DNA of 61,177 nucleotides, counting the filler, from Catajapyx aquilonaris (Eukaryota), in assembly GCA_000934665.2 (NCBI GenBank). It is 3 parts of 3 records of this genome, joined end to end, with 100 filler letters (N's around TTAATTAATTAA, not from the genome) between each part and the next. Parts side by side here need not be neighbours in the genome. Positions count along the whole stretch, not along the records: positions 20,434 to 40,754 come from JYFJ02006291.1; 2 more parts are not named here. One strand, written 5' to 3'. The position numbers and the translations under genes were made by a program. Below, piece after piece: positions 26,590-40,137 of this stretch; position 1 is the first letter of the stretch; every line of letters starts with the position of its first letter. Below the pieces are notes generated by a model. That model worked only from the letters and a program-made list of their open reading frames with translations, was not told the origin of the DNA and made no database searches.

Positions 26590-27210
26590 TGAGTGTACAA
26601 ATCTTCAGTCTTATGTACAATTCTTACTTGTCTAAGCCTGGATTATCTTGCCTATTATCTAAGAAACTAAGATACGCACAATCTGCTTTATTGTGTAGGA
26701 AAACTAGCTGATACTGTATTTTGTTTCATAGGTTTTTTTTGTCATGTTTGCAAACTTTTTGACCATTAACTGCTGTAATTCTGACCGTTGACGGATTGAA
26801 TTTTGACCGTTAGTGACTGGAATTCTGACCATTAATGGCTGTAATTCTGACCGTTAACGGCTGTAATTATGACCGTTGACGGATTGAATTCTGACCATTA
26901 ATAGCTGTAATTTTGACCGTTGACAGATGGAATTCTGAGCGTTAGCGACTGGAATTCTGACCGTTACTGGCTGAAATTCTGACCATTAGCGGCTGGACTT
27001 CTGACTGGTGACGGATGGAATTCTGACCATTAGCGACTGAAATTCTGACCGCTAGCGGGTGGAATTCTGACAGTAAACGGCTGAAATTCTGACCGTTGAC
27101 GGATGGAATTTTGACCGTTAGCGACTGGAGTGCTGACCGTTAATGGCTAAATATCTGACCTTTGGCGAATGGAATTCTGCCCGTTAGCGGCCGGAATTCT
27201 GGCCGTTAAC
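26590..27210. repeat. Modular repeat with ~20 copies of a 22-bp minisatellite (AATTCTGACCGTTAACGGCTGG)
   Basis: The same unique leader (…TAAGATACGC…TTTTTGTCATGTTTGCAAAC) plus 22-bp array also occurs at 24780-25080 and three times in 28340-28990. Confidence 0.9.
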
Positions 27211-28339
27211 CTGTACTTGGACCACAAATAATCACCGGAGAAACCGCTTATGTAATATTTTACAGTACAATTGGTTCAATAAAGGGATTTCCGTTTTCCT
27301 GCATCATATCGGACCTGTCAGTTTCCTCCTAGTTGTCTACTAGTCAAACGAACAATGTAACCTCAGCCAAATTATTTCTATATATATATAAACCCTTATA
27401 ATTCGCAATAACTAAGCATCATCAACCCTCAATTATTCTTAAAATTCTCCAAGCACATTTTAACATCACAATAAAAATCCACCTTCTGAACAAAAAACCC
27501 TGGTTTTAGCAGCGCAATATTTTCTTCATGGTGCACTGCTTTCCTTTGGCCTCCTAAAAAAGGCAGACGTTGATGGTGTAAACTCCGGAGTTCCGTATAA
27601 ACTCCAGTCCGGGTCGTTGGAGGTGGTTGTGGAGGGGTGAGAGGGGGAAAGGAGGGGGGGGGAGGCTAGAACCGGGGCAAACATGGGGCCTGAATGAGGT
27701 GTTGACAAAGCCACGACACAAAAGCAGAGGCCACGTAATCCGTTTCGACATAGGCCTAATTATCCTCGTTTGGTTATTACAAGCTGCGTAATGAAGGCCC
27801 GCTGGCTTTTCCCTTCACTCCAACCCCCCAAAAAGCGACCAATTAGTCCAATTTTGTAGACGCAGTTCTAGGAACGATCCTCTCAATTAGGACCTCTAAA
27901 AGTTGTGACTTTCCTCCGGACGACTGGTTTTTGTTTTTTCCCGCCCCGGTTCTAGTGGCGGTGCTGATCTGTTTTTGATCATTACCGAGCTCTCCGGAGA
28001 ATAATTCAAATGCTTTTAAACCGCTGGTGGTGTCAAATTTCATTTTGCTGCTAGGCAGGGCCTTGCTAAAATCTGACGGATCGCAAAGTTTACAGGGTTA
28101 CCCCCAGTTGGGGCAAGTATATGCTCTTTATCTAGTAGACAACTAGACGGGACCACTAGACAGCTGCCTGCTAGGATAATGCCACACCGCTTCTAATAAC
28201 ATTATTAACCCAACCCTTGCCACCATTAAGCCTCTTTCATACGAATCAACCGGTTTTTGGACATTGCATTAATTAGAAGTTCTCTGTGATTTTGACTTAC
28301 CTTTGGTTAATTAGGTTACGTCAGTCTGAGAAACCCCAA

Positions 28340-28990
28340 ATACCATTAACTGTGTCAGAAAACTAGTTAATTTTGTATGTGTTTCCTAGTTTATTTGTCG
28401 CTTTTGTAAACTTTCTGACCGTTAACAGCTGTTATTCTGACCGTTAACAGCTGGAATTCTGAACGTTGACGGCTGGAATTCTGACTGTTAACGGCTGGAA
28501 TGTGGTCATTAACGGCTACAATATTCTGACCGTTAACGGCAGTAAATGTGGTGCAACGACCTAGTAGAACAAACTTTACTAAATTTCTTGCTACTGCCAC
28601 TAGCTATAAGACACGCCAAATCAGCTTAACTATGTCAAAAACTATCTAATACAGTACCTTGTTTCATAGTTTTTTGTCATGTTTGCAAACTTTCTGACCT
28701 TTAACGGCTGGAATTCTGACCGTTGACGGCTGGAATCTGACCGTTAACTGCGGGAATTTGACCGTTAACGGCTGGAAATGTGGTGCAATCGGGTGCAATG
28801 GCATATAGTAGAACAAACTGTACCAAATTTCTTGCTGTGCAGCTTGCCACTATAAGATACGCTGCGTCAGACAACCAGCTAATTTGGTCTTTTGTTTCCT
28901 AATTTTTTGTCATGTTCAGCCTCGCATTTGCAAACTTTCTGACCGTTAACGGCTGGAAATGTGGTGCAACCACCTCGCAGAACAAACTGT
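28340..28990. repeat. Three tandem modules carrying the 22-bp minisatellite
   Basis: Repeated AAACTTTCTGACCGTTAACGGCTGG…AAATGTGGTGCAA…AGAACAAACT. Confidence 0.85.
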
Positions 28991-31039
28991 ACCCAATTTC
29001 CTGCATCCATTTCCTCCTCAGCAGGCGGTCAGGAACAAGACTTTCATCGCTGATCCTGGCCCTCCTTTGGACCAAAAAACTTGGGAGGGATTTAGACCCC
29101 TAGCAATAGCCGCTCACCTTCAATTTTCCCAGGGCCGGTTTTCTCCCTTTCGCCATGTCGGAGGTTGTGACGTGAGTCGGTGTGACGTGGGTAGACGTAG
29201 ATGGATGGGGGACCAGAGCAAGGCGAGGTTTTGACCCCCCACGGGAATGGATGGATGATTCTGTTCTGCACCCCCCCCCCCCCATCAACCCCCACTTGGG
29301 GCCCCCTTCCACAGGGGCTGGGATTTTGTAGCTCGGATTCTAAAACCGCAGGCAGAGGTTTTGTTGTGGTTCACATGCTCGTCTTAGCCTCAGGTTCAGC
29401 TGAGTTTTAATTACTATGCGCATTTTGGGTAGATACATGTCTCTAGGATAGTACTTGGAATTAAAGAGAAAGAAGGTAACTATTGTGCAAAATTTAGCTA
29501 ATAACATTAGCTTGAATTGCGAAGTTATTTTAATTTGAACTCATGGACACAATAAAAAATTAAAGAAAGCTCTATCAATCGTAAAATTTTAATAAATTAA
29601 ATGATATGTAAATTTTCACAAATGGTGCACTTTGTTTGTCTACAATTTTGTGTTCTAAATTTATTTGTTCTCTAAACTTTATTTGTTCTAAAATTCTTAA
29701 TTTTCTTCTAAAATTTGTTCTGAGATTCGAAATTTTGTTCTTAATTTATTTGCTCCGTAAACATTATTTGTTCTACGATTCTAAAATTTTATGTTCTAAA
29801 AGGTTTTCTACCGAATTTATTTTCAACGTATATAGAGAATATAACAGGAAATAGTCTGAGCAAAGTAATGACATTTACACAATTATAGTATACCAAAACG
29901 ATTTTTAAATATTGTAAGTGACAGATTAAAATTGAATTTTCTGAAGAACTGTTCTTTGGAGAACAACGGTTTTTAATTTTACAATCTATAGCTACCAAAT
30001 TTTTAGGAGAATCATATTGTAAACAATCAAATACATCATATCCATAGAACGCTGACCTGCAAAATTTTTTTATAAGTTTTAATTTAATGTAATTTAAATT
30101 TTAAACGTTCTAATTCTCAAGAACTCAACAAATTGAAGGGCTCTCTGCAACAAGCACTCAGGACGTTTTTCCAGAGTTTTAGAGGTAAGTAGACCTAACT
30201 GGCTATTGCCAAGTAAGTATTCTCTGCAATGTGGACAAAGTGGACTTACATGGTTTATAGGCTTTTTTACTTTAAAGCTCTGGAAAAAAAATCCTAAGTG
30301 CACATACCTGGCTTATAAGCTTTTTTACTTTAACACTCTGGAAGTGCACATACCTTGTTATTGCGGAGAGTCCTTCAATTATTTTTCACAAGATATCAAG
30401 TGCGCACTACATCTATTTGAGCAGAATGTGATGATGGTTGGCAACAATCACATCAGATTGATAGGCTACAACCTATTACAATTTACTTACCTTCTGTACA
30501 TACACCGCCAACCTTTTTTTCGTCCACTTGTCGCAAATCTTGATATGACGTAAAGCATCTGAAGATTGTTTCCTTTTCCTTTTATCTCCCACCTCTTTCC
30601 CGATCGTTTTGTGGATTGCCTTCGGAAGGGTTTGGAGGCTTTGTTCAGCTAGATCATCCCGACTTCTTTCCCACACCATTCCCACAACATCCCCTTTTCC
30701 TTTTATTGATTCCCCCCTCCCCCACCTTTCCCCCCACCACACCCCCTATCCAACGACTTATCACTTATTGCCACCCAAGGCGATTTATTGTGGATCCAAA
30801 AAAAGGCGACACTTTTCTTAAAACAACGGCAAATTGTAAATATCTGCCAGCAAAATATCGTTGGAAAGTTACAGTGTTTTAGTGTAATTGCTAGTGCGAC
30901 GTTTTTACGCTCTTGGAGGATCGTTTCCTCGCGTTTTACGATGTATAGCCTAACTTGTTTAAGTCCAGGCGACAATCGACTGAATACATTTTGGCTGGAA
31001 AACACTTGAGTCAAGTTTGAAATATAAGCCCAGGGTCCT

Positions 31040-31600
31040 ATATATAGGACAGTGTTGTTAGATTTCGAGTAATTTGCTAAGAAAGAGAGTCAAAAACATT
31101 TAAAAGTAATTCAGGCGTGATTGAAAGTTTCTAATAAAGCTTTCTAATGGGTTTAACGGTTATAACGGTCAAATGGTTTTAACAGTTCTAACGGCTTTAG
31201 CAGTTTTCTAACGGTTCTAATGGTCTAATGGGTTTGACAAGATTTAGGACACTTAGATTTTGAGTAATTTGCTAATAAAGAGTCAAAATAAGCGAATTTT
31301 TAAAGGCATTATTGAAATTCTATAATAGAACTTTGTAACGGGTTTTAATGGTTTTCTATATGGTCTAACGGATTTTGACAATCTGAAGGACACTGACTCG
31401 TGAGATTTTGAGTAATTTGCTAATAAAGAGAATCAAAAATTGCAATAAATAATTCAGGCATGATTGAAATTCTATAATAAAACTTTCTAACGGTTCTAAC
31501 GGATTTCAACGGTTTCTAACGGTTCTAACGGCCTAACAGGTTTTAACGGTTTTCAGCGGTTTTCTAACGTTTCTAACGGTCTAACGGTTTTCTGACAATA
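31040..31600. repeat. Tandem ~150-200-bp modules with (TTCTAACGG)n arrays
   Basis: Three copies of AGATTTTGAGTAATTTGCTAA followed by 9-10-bp CTAACGGTT repeats; the same array recurs at 33005-33300. Confidence 0.85.
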
Positions 31601-34014
31601 TGAATGCAAACCACATGACACCTCCCTAGTCTGAATGGTACCGTCTTCATTCCAGCCTGGGATTAATAACATCTGATACTCTTGTTTGCGTGATTGAATT
31701 CCGGCAGTAAAATAGGGGAAGTCCCCTTCCTCCGTGCACCATATCAAGTAGGAAATTTGGCGCCAGTGGCTCCTCCTAGGGGACAATCACTCGAATCCTA
31801 ATGAAGAGATCGGCGCCAGGCATCTGTGTCCATGTCCTAAGACAGACGAATTTTGCCTAGACGTCCGTAGAAACTTTAATTTAAATGGCGGCCATCTTTA
31901 GTCCAAATAGAGCTGTCAAATAGTCAGGAGTGACGGAACCAGGACCAGGCCTAGTCCCAGAGCAGCCATTATGCAAACGAATCTGATGCGAGGTGAGGCG
32001 AATCTTTTGTCAAAATGGCTGGTATTCACGACCTCACGATGGGAACCTTCTGAAGATTTTTTTTGCAGCATTGGAAAGGTGTCGGGTTGACTACTGATTT
32101 ATGATGTGGACACCTTGGGGGGACACCCAATTGCCATCGATAACAGATCGATTTGACATGCAAATTTTTTTTGTCGCCATTCCAGGTAACAATATTTCGA
32201 ATCCTGTCACCTGTTCCATTTTTTATTTCATGTGGACCCCGAATTGTATTCAGGTCAGAACTTTTTTAGGTGGTGCCGGATTTCATTATCTAACTACCAG
32301 TTGCATCAGTTCGAAAATATAGCTAGAGTTTAGAGTGAAAAAAATTCGGTTTTTGTACGCATGCAAATCAGAGTTGGCAGTTGGACTGGTTTATGATTGA
32401 AATTTTTTCGAATAAAACTCTCTAACGGTTTTTTCTAACGGTTGTCTCCTAGAGCTGAATTCAACATAGTTTACTTGTCATTATCCGATCCTACCCGTTT
32501 CAAGTGTCATGTAAGTTACGGATGGTACTAAGGCGAGGATAAACACTTTGAATGAAGTTTTATCAGCGTCAGAACCGGTTTTCAACCTGATGTGGCTCGG
32601 GTATAGCCAAATCGCATTATTAGAAGCGTCGAGTGCCGCCACATTTTATGGTGTAGTAAACGTAGTGTAAACCGGTGTTTTGTGCTGTTTTGCATGTCGC
32701 AAAGCAGCAAAGTATGGAAGTTTCCCCGGACCGATTATGGCCGCTATCGTTAGCTGCCCCCAAAATGGCCACCCTAGGCCAGGTCTCTCCTTGATTGGCT
32801 TTCAAAATGTCCCCTACCCCCATTTTCGTGACCATTAATATAGACGTAACTCAGCAGCTTTAGCAACAGCCCACATGCGAAGGTTACAACAAACTCAAAT
32901 TGGGAAAAAATCCTTCTTAACACCAATGGTGATCTGTTTTTCAATATTGTTGATTTACATCGTGGGTATGAACAAAAAATTCGGGCATTTTTGTTCGCTA
33001 ATAAAGATTTCTAACGCTTATAACGGTTCTAACGGTTTTCTGACAGTTCTAATGGTTCTAGCGGTATTCTGACGGTTCTAACGGTTTTGGATAGATCCTT
33101 ATTAACACCAATAGTAATATGTTTTCAATATTGCTGATTTGCATCGTGGATATGAGCAAGAAATTATTCAGACGTTCGAAATTTTCTAATAAGGCTTTCT
33201 AACGCTTTTATAGGTTCTAACGGGTTTCTAACAGTTGTAACGGTTTTCTAACGATTTTTCTAAACGTTTAGCGGTTTTCTAACAGTTTTAACGATTTTTG
33301 ATATGAATGCAATTCCATATTGTGGGCATCCTAAATACTGAACCTGGCGTAGTATGTCTTTCGCAAAAATATCTGGATGTATCGAATTTTTTTTGCGTTT
33401 GTAATATTCACCCTAGGGCCCTTCAACTTGTTTTCTATTAGAGTTCCAAGGCTGTCCTTGTTATTTGGTACATGTAACCTACTTCTGGAAACCACGGAAC
33501 GTTAAAGGTCCTCCTCAATCTCGGAACGTCGTGTGCACTCGGTTTCCATCGGCGGCTTACGACCAGTTCTTCCCTCCTTCCAAGCAGAAAAAAAGAACGC
33601 CTTCTGATCTAGTTTCGTGGCGTAGAAAGTAAAGCAAAGTTTCAAAGGAACTCTAGGGGGGATGGAAGAAGGGATAGCAAGGAGGGGGCGAAAAAAAGTT
33701 AGGCCTGAGCGTCATTTCACCCTTCATTCTCCTGTTCTCCACAACGGGATGAAATTTCCCAGCACCTTTTCCGTTGAAACTTTCTTCCTGTTTGCCGCCC
33801 ACAAAAGCTCAAAACTTTATTGCTGCTGGGTCATTAACATTCTTACAGTCAGAAGGTTCGTGACGAAAATGCCTGACGCAAATCAAAGTTTTGTGAAAGG
33901 GGGGAATGATAGCGGTCGTTATAATTTGATAATGTGGCTGCGGGGCACGTGTCGAAAAATCAAGGGTCAAAGACTTTCAGCACCTGGCCAGGATAGCGAT
34001 GAGGAATTGTCTTA

Positions 34015-34505
34015 CGAATGGAAACAGTTGGAAGCAGCCGTTGGACTCAGCCGTTGGATGACCGTTACGCTCGGCCGTTGCCCCTCCCGGTTTGAGCGTT
34101 TGAGGTTCCCACGTGCCTATTACATCATACTTCTCATAATTCTTCACTTCTTGAGTTAGGATAGATATCAAAATGTGCACTAATGTACTAATAACCTGGC
34201 CTGGAAACCATTGGACGCGACCGTTGGACTCAACAGTTGGATGACCTTTGGCTCGACCGTTACTCTTGACCGTTGGAGCTCATGATTCATCACTTCTTAA
34301 GTTACAATAGATGTCAAACCATGCACCAATATACTGAAAACCTGGACTCGACCGTTGGATGACCGTTACGCTCGGGCGTTGCCCCTCCCTGTTGACCATT
34401 TGAGCTTCCCACGCGACTCTCCCATCATCCTTCTCATAATTCTTCACTTCTTAAGTTAGGACCGATATCAAACCATGCACCAATGTACTAAAAACCTGGC
34501 CTGGT
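34015..34505. repeat. Tandem duplication rich in GACCGTTGG
   Basis: CCGTTGGATGACCGTTACGCTCG...TTCTCATAATTCTTCACTTCTT...AACCTGGCCTGG occurs twice; related array at 36775-37290. Confidence 0.8.
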
Positions 34506-35364
34506 CTCAAAATGCAGATGTTAACCCAGTTTTCTTCCGATTGACGCTTCGGGAGGCTTAATCACTCCTCGGCTTCAACGACCAAATCAGGCTTAGGGTT
34601 CCCTTTTTGGCTCCTCAAGCTTTTGACTCTGAAAAGGGGGGCGACAAGTCTCTGGGAGTGAAGCCAGATATTGACCCTCTGGCTGGGTGTCCCCCCCCCC
34701 CCCCCCCCCCCCCNCCCCCCCCCGCTCCCCAGGATTTTGCAGATTCGGTCCGAAATCGCAAGATGGATGCCCGTCAGAGGGTTGGGCAATCCGGAGGTAA
34801 TCGCCATTTATTGTAGCACCCCATCACCCATATAGGGCTGACCAAAAAAAAAGCCATAGAAGCTCACGCACGCCACATGAAAATCCTAGGCACGTAAATG
34901 CCATTATTAGCAAGCGCTGACACTTTTTTGTAGAATAATCCCTACCCCCACCTACCCCAATCTCATTTCCCCAGCTGCCACTTTTGCACAGCGCATTTCC
35001 GCAGGCAAAAACAACGAATCGAAACCCTGAATTTTAATGAACGTATGAGTTAACAAGAGGGTTCTAAACCGGATAAAAATTCCTTCTGGCTCTAGAGAGG
35101 GGTCTAGATTGAACAAATTATGTGGCCAACAATGCAGGACCGCAAGGTGTATTTTTGATAATATTCTAACGTTACTTTGACGGGATATCTCTCTGGCGAA
35201 ATGTCCTGGACAAGAAATATCTCTACCATAGAACGCTTATCTCACCCAATTCTCTGGCCGTTTGTTTCCCCAACCCCAAACCGCACTTCTAGGCCCCACA
35301 AAAAACCAAGCTTTATCCTTCCAGGTCCCTGGTTGCTAGCTCAGCACTTCCTATTCAGCTACTA

Positions 35365-35840
35365 GTCTATAGTCTCCATAGTTATCACTCTTTTTTCACA
35401 GATTCGCCCTGCATGCGTCCTGTCATACTACTAATCCCCTTATTCTCTTCATCTGCTTATATGTCAGTGTTGACTCATTGTCAATAAATTAGACGATTGA
35501 GCCTAACGGTCATACCGGGAAGGCCTAACGGTCTTTAGTGTCCATAGTTATCACTCTTTTTTCACAGAGTCGCCCTGCGTGCGTCATGTCATAGGCCTAC
35601 TACTAATCCCCTGATTCTCTCCGTATGCTTATATGTCCGTGTTGACTCATTGCCTATGTAGTAGGCAGTTGAGCCTAACGGTCATACAGTGAAGGGCTAA
35701 CGGTCATATCTGGAAGGCCTAACAGTCATACCGGGAAGGGCTAACGGTTGAGCCTAATGGTCATATCTGGAACGCCTAACGGTCTATAGTCTCCATAGTT
35801 ATCACTATTTTTTTCACAAATTCGCCCTGTATGCGTCCTG
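35365..35840. repeat. Tandem modules with (CCTAACGGTCATA) repeats
   Basis: Three copies of TCCATAGTTATCACT…TTCACA.A.TCGCCCTG; repeated GCCTAACGGTCATA. Confidence 0.85.
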
Positions 35841-37971
35841 TACATGATGAGTCAGCAGTAATTACCGAAGGACCAGAATCGGTACTTTTCTCGCTTCCAA
35901 CACCAGCTTCTCGTAAGTTGCGAGAAGAAAAAGAGGTAATGAGATTTGCGAGTGCCAATTCCTTTCAAATCTTTCGACGATGCGAGTGCCGCTGTGGAGT
36001 GTCTCTGACACTTGGAGAATATTTTTTTGTCGGGTCTTTGGGAACTTTTTTTCCCCTGAGGAAGATGGGTGAAAAGAAAGGAAGCTGGTGGGATAGTGAG
36101 TTTCCGGAGCAGGGTTTGCTGGGATGGAAAAATGCCGATTATTCCTCCGGAAAGATGGGAACAGCTCATTTCTCTCACAGTCATGGCCACTCGACTTTTT
36201 TGAGGACTTTTTCATTCCCCGAAATTTTTGGGAAAGTTTGATGGAAAATATTTGTACTAGGAGAAGCGCGGGGAGAAGTTTAGGAAGCTAGTGCCAATTT
36301 GTGCCAAGAACAGATCAGTGTTTGTCAAATCTGTTGCTCAATCCACTGCTTTAGAATTCTATTCACTTTGAATATAATTCATACCTTTGATCTCTCTCGA
36401 ATGATCTCGCGAATGCTCCTTACCTTGTATACTGAACGGGCCTTGATTCTTTGGCTTTGGGTCAGCAAGCAGTGGCCATTAGGGTAATGAAGTCTGCCGC
36501 AGCTTCCTCTTCATCTTCCCTCCTTTCCTACAATCCCAAGACCCTCATTTTCATAAGCTGGCATCTAGGACCCGACGTGAGTGGCCTTTCCATCCCCTCA
36601 TCACTTTACACTTCACCTTTCTCGCATTTTTGATTGGAGTCGAAACCATTGTGAAGTCAGGACCTGAATTTCTTCGTTGTAGAAAAGGCCAAAAAACCGA
36701 AGTTGACACTCTGAATAAGAAATGTACCCCAGTTCAGTATAGTAGAAACCTGAAACTAATATTTATTCCATCGAGGCAACGGTAGGAGGGTTCAAGAGGC
36801 CGTTGAACCGTTGGAGCGTCCCGTTTGACCGTTGGGTTTTTGCGCTCGACTGTTACTGTTCTGTAACGGCCGGAAAAACAAATATGAGAGGTTATCAGAC
36901 TGACTGGAGGGTTCAAGCGACCGTTGGATCGTTGGAGCGTCCCTTTTAACCGTTGGGGTGTCCCATTTGACCGCTGGGTTTTCTCGCTCGACCCTTTTAC
37001 AATTCTGTAAAGGTTTGGGAACGTTCGGAAAAACGAATCTGAGAGGTTTACCAGACTGAAGTAAGGGTTCAAACGACCGTACAACCGTTGGCGCGTTCCC
37101 ATTTGGCCGTTACAGTTCTGTAACGGTCGGGAAAACGAATCTGAAAGGTTATCAGACTGACATGAGGGTTCAATCGTTGGAACCTTCCCGTTGGATCATT
37201 GGAACCTTCCCGTTGGACCATTGGAACCTTCCCGTTGGGCCATTGGGTCCCGCCCGACCGTTACAACTCTGTAACGGTCGAGCGGGGAAACCCAACGGAC
37301 TTACCTCAACACTCAGTATACTGGAAACCTATACTCCATATTAATTCCTAACCCATCCACCTTTTGAACCTCACGTCAGTATGATAACCTCTCAGATTCG
37401 TCATCCCCCACATTATCACGGGACCCCAGACAACCTAAGTGTCGAGATCGCATCCCCTGCTTGATGAAGGACCGCGTCAGGTTTTGGCGACATCCCCCAT
37501 GACCTTGCTGAAAACCTCCTCGTAAATAACCCAATCCCCTGCATTCTGAGCGGTTCCCTGCCCCACCCCTTCCAAAAACAAAGGCCCTCGTGTCGCTGGT
37601 CCCCGCAAATTACCGCCATATTGATTCGGCGGATACAAATCCCCTTTGTTTTGGAGAGTTACGCCACGTCACACTCAACCTCTTGTAACCCTCCCTATTT
37701 TGCCACTGGTTCACACTCCACTTGTAAACCCGGTTTTGTAATCGCATCTCCTGTCCCCTCCCGTATATAGCTCACACCCTTCCTCCCCCCCATCTCCTCC
37801 CCCCACCACTGCAGGATCCTCCCCAGCGGACCCACGAAACTCCATGCCTTAATTACATGTGATAATGCGGATTTGTTTTCTGGAGGCCGGCCCCCTTAAT
37901 TTACAGGGCAGGAATGTGCCAAGGAAACGGGAAATCCCACGCATTTTCCAGGAGTTGCTTGGCGCAGTCTA

Positions 37972-38880
37972 AGAACAGGTATGAACTGGTTTGAAGCGGA
38001 TCTGAACGGATTTGGTCAATTTTGGTCAAGTTTGAACAGGTTTGAACCAGTTTAAATTCGATTAAAGGAGAAGTAACGGTTCCAAGCAAGTCTGAACAAG
38101 TATGAACGGGTTTGAATCAGATCTGAGCGAATTTGGTCTGCCTGATAAATAAACATGCATGAACCAGTTTAAAGTCGATTAAAGGAGAAGTAACGGTTTC
38201 CAAGCAAGTCTGAACAAGTTTTAATAGGTTTGAACCGGTCAAAACATGCATGAACCGGTTTAAATTCGATAAATCAGCAGCAACAGTTTCAAGCAAGTCT
38301 GAACAGGTTTGAATCGGATCTGAACTGACTGGGCCAATTTTGATCAAATTTGAACAGGTTTAAACCTGTTTAAATTCGATTAAAGCAAATTCGATTAAAG
38401 CCGAAGTAACAGTTTCAAGCAAGTCTGAACAGGTACGAACTGGTTTGAATTGGTTATGAACGGATTTGGTCAATTCTGATCCAGTTTGAACAGGTGTGAA
38501 TATGTCCAAACAGGCACGAACCAGTTTAAATTCGATTAAAGCGGTAGTAAGAGTTTTAAGCAAGTCTGGACAAATCTGAACTGGTTCGAAACTGATTTTA
38601 ACGGCCAAAACAGGTCTCAACGAATCTGGACATGTTTAACCTGGCCACTATGTCTACACAGGTTAGAATTGGCCCAAGCCGGTCTTATCCAAAAGCAAAC
38701 AGGTCCAAACCTGCCTGAACCAGAATGAGCAAGTTTATACTGGTTATAATCGGATTTGAACCGGTTTTAGTGAATCGGAACACATTTGACCTATTTTTAT
38801 AACATTTCAACAGGTTAGATCGGCCCAAACAGGTCATATCGGATGTTACTATTATTAAACAAAAACAAACAGGTTCACAC
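37972..38880. repeat. Degenerate ~10-bp satellite-like array (GAAC[A/C/T]GGTTT)
   Basis: Many GAACAGGTTT/GAACTGGTTT/GAACCGGTTT/GAACCAGTTT units and repeated TTTAAATTCGATTAAAG. Confidence 0.85.
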
Positions 38881-38909
38881 ATGTCTGTATCTGAACGATG
38901 TGACGTTCT

Positions 38910-38923
38910 TCACTAGATGGCAG
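38910..38923 (+). promoter_or_regulatory. CTCF-like motif
   Basis: TCACTAGATGGCAG matches the CTCF core. Confidence 0.45.
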
Positions 38924-38962
38924 TAGCGTCTGGGGCCACTTGGAGTGGGGAACCTAGGGGGA

Positions 38963-39404
38963 GAGCTCTTTTGTGTATTCAGTCGTGTTGGGTCTGATTG
39001 CAGGCCAGTCTAATAAACGGTCGCGCTATATCCGTTTTGTTATTGGTTATAGGTGTCGTGGTCCAATAACCACGAACACGACCCTGAGTGACCTCGCTGG
39101 GACAGGGGATGACCTGAAGAGGTCAACACTCACTAAGAACAGGTTTAAACATGTCTGAACAAGTCTTGACCAGGTCTGAACTCTCATAAACTAATATGGG
39201 GAATAGCTCTTTTTTGTATTCAGTCGTGTTGGGGTCTGATTGCAGGCTAGTCTAACAAATAGTCGCTCCGTACCGTTGTATAATTGGACCACGACCCTGA
39301 GTGACCTTGCTGGGTCAGGGGATGACCTGAAGAGGTCAACCATCACAGCGAACAGGTCCAAACATGTCTGAACAAGTCTTAACCAGGTCTGAACTCTCAT
39401 AAAC
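38963..39404. repeat. ~230-bp tandem duplication
   Basis: GTATTCAGTCGTGTTGGG...CACGACCCTGAGTGACC...CAGGTCTGAACTCTCATAAAC occurs twice. Confidence 0.88.
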
Positions 39405-40137
39405 CAATCTAAAACCGATCTAAAGTACAAAAAAATCTTACCCAAAAAAGTTTTCCCCTAAATTTGTAAATATTTGCTGGACATTGAATGGCAGGACCAT
39501 CATTACTTGAAATTCAACAACACCCTACCATCTGGTTTGAATCGAGTTCCCCACCATCCCACGCCATTGATAATAGGGACAAGCCGTGTCCGGTCCTAGC
39601 CAATTCAAAAACTGGTGGTGAGGGGGGGGGGGGGCTGTAGAAAATCCGTCGATCGCTAATGAAGCCACATTTATCCGCATGCACGCTGTCCACCCCAAAA
39701 TGGAACATTCTTTCTCTAACCCGGATCAAAGATGACTGCCGCAACCGAGCGCAAAATGTGGGGGCCATGCAAATCACAGTGGTCACCTACAAAACAGCAT
39801 ATTGAATGTCCGGGACCGTCACGAATGCTTCCTGTATTCACAACCAATGGTGTGTTATCTCCGTCAGCTGCGTTGGTAATCATACGATCAAATCGCAGGG
39901 TATAGGTTTCGGACTGCATGGGTTTTTGTGGAGATTACTAAAAGAGTAAGGGGTACATAGAGAAGTATCGTATTTTTTGAGTGAAGGAAATGAAAGGGCA
40001 TATTTTTGCGATATGGGTGTCCCAAAGAAATACAAAGGGACCAAAGATAGTCCAGGAAAATAACAAAATTGGACCTTGCTCTTATAAGTGAAGATAGAAA
40101 ATCCTGGCTTGCTGGTTCATTATAAATGAGTTCAGTA

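Noticed and set aside
26757..27210. Regular ~22-bp repeats as a possible CRISPR array
   Set aside because: No unique spacers, no cas genes, eukaryotic context
33662..34159. 165-aa ORF and other contig-2 ORFs (35831-36241, 36734-37102)
   Set aside because: No domain similarity, run into tandem repeats, no consistent exon structure
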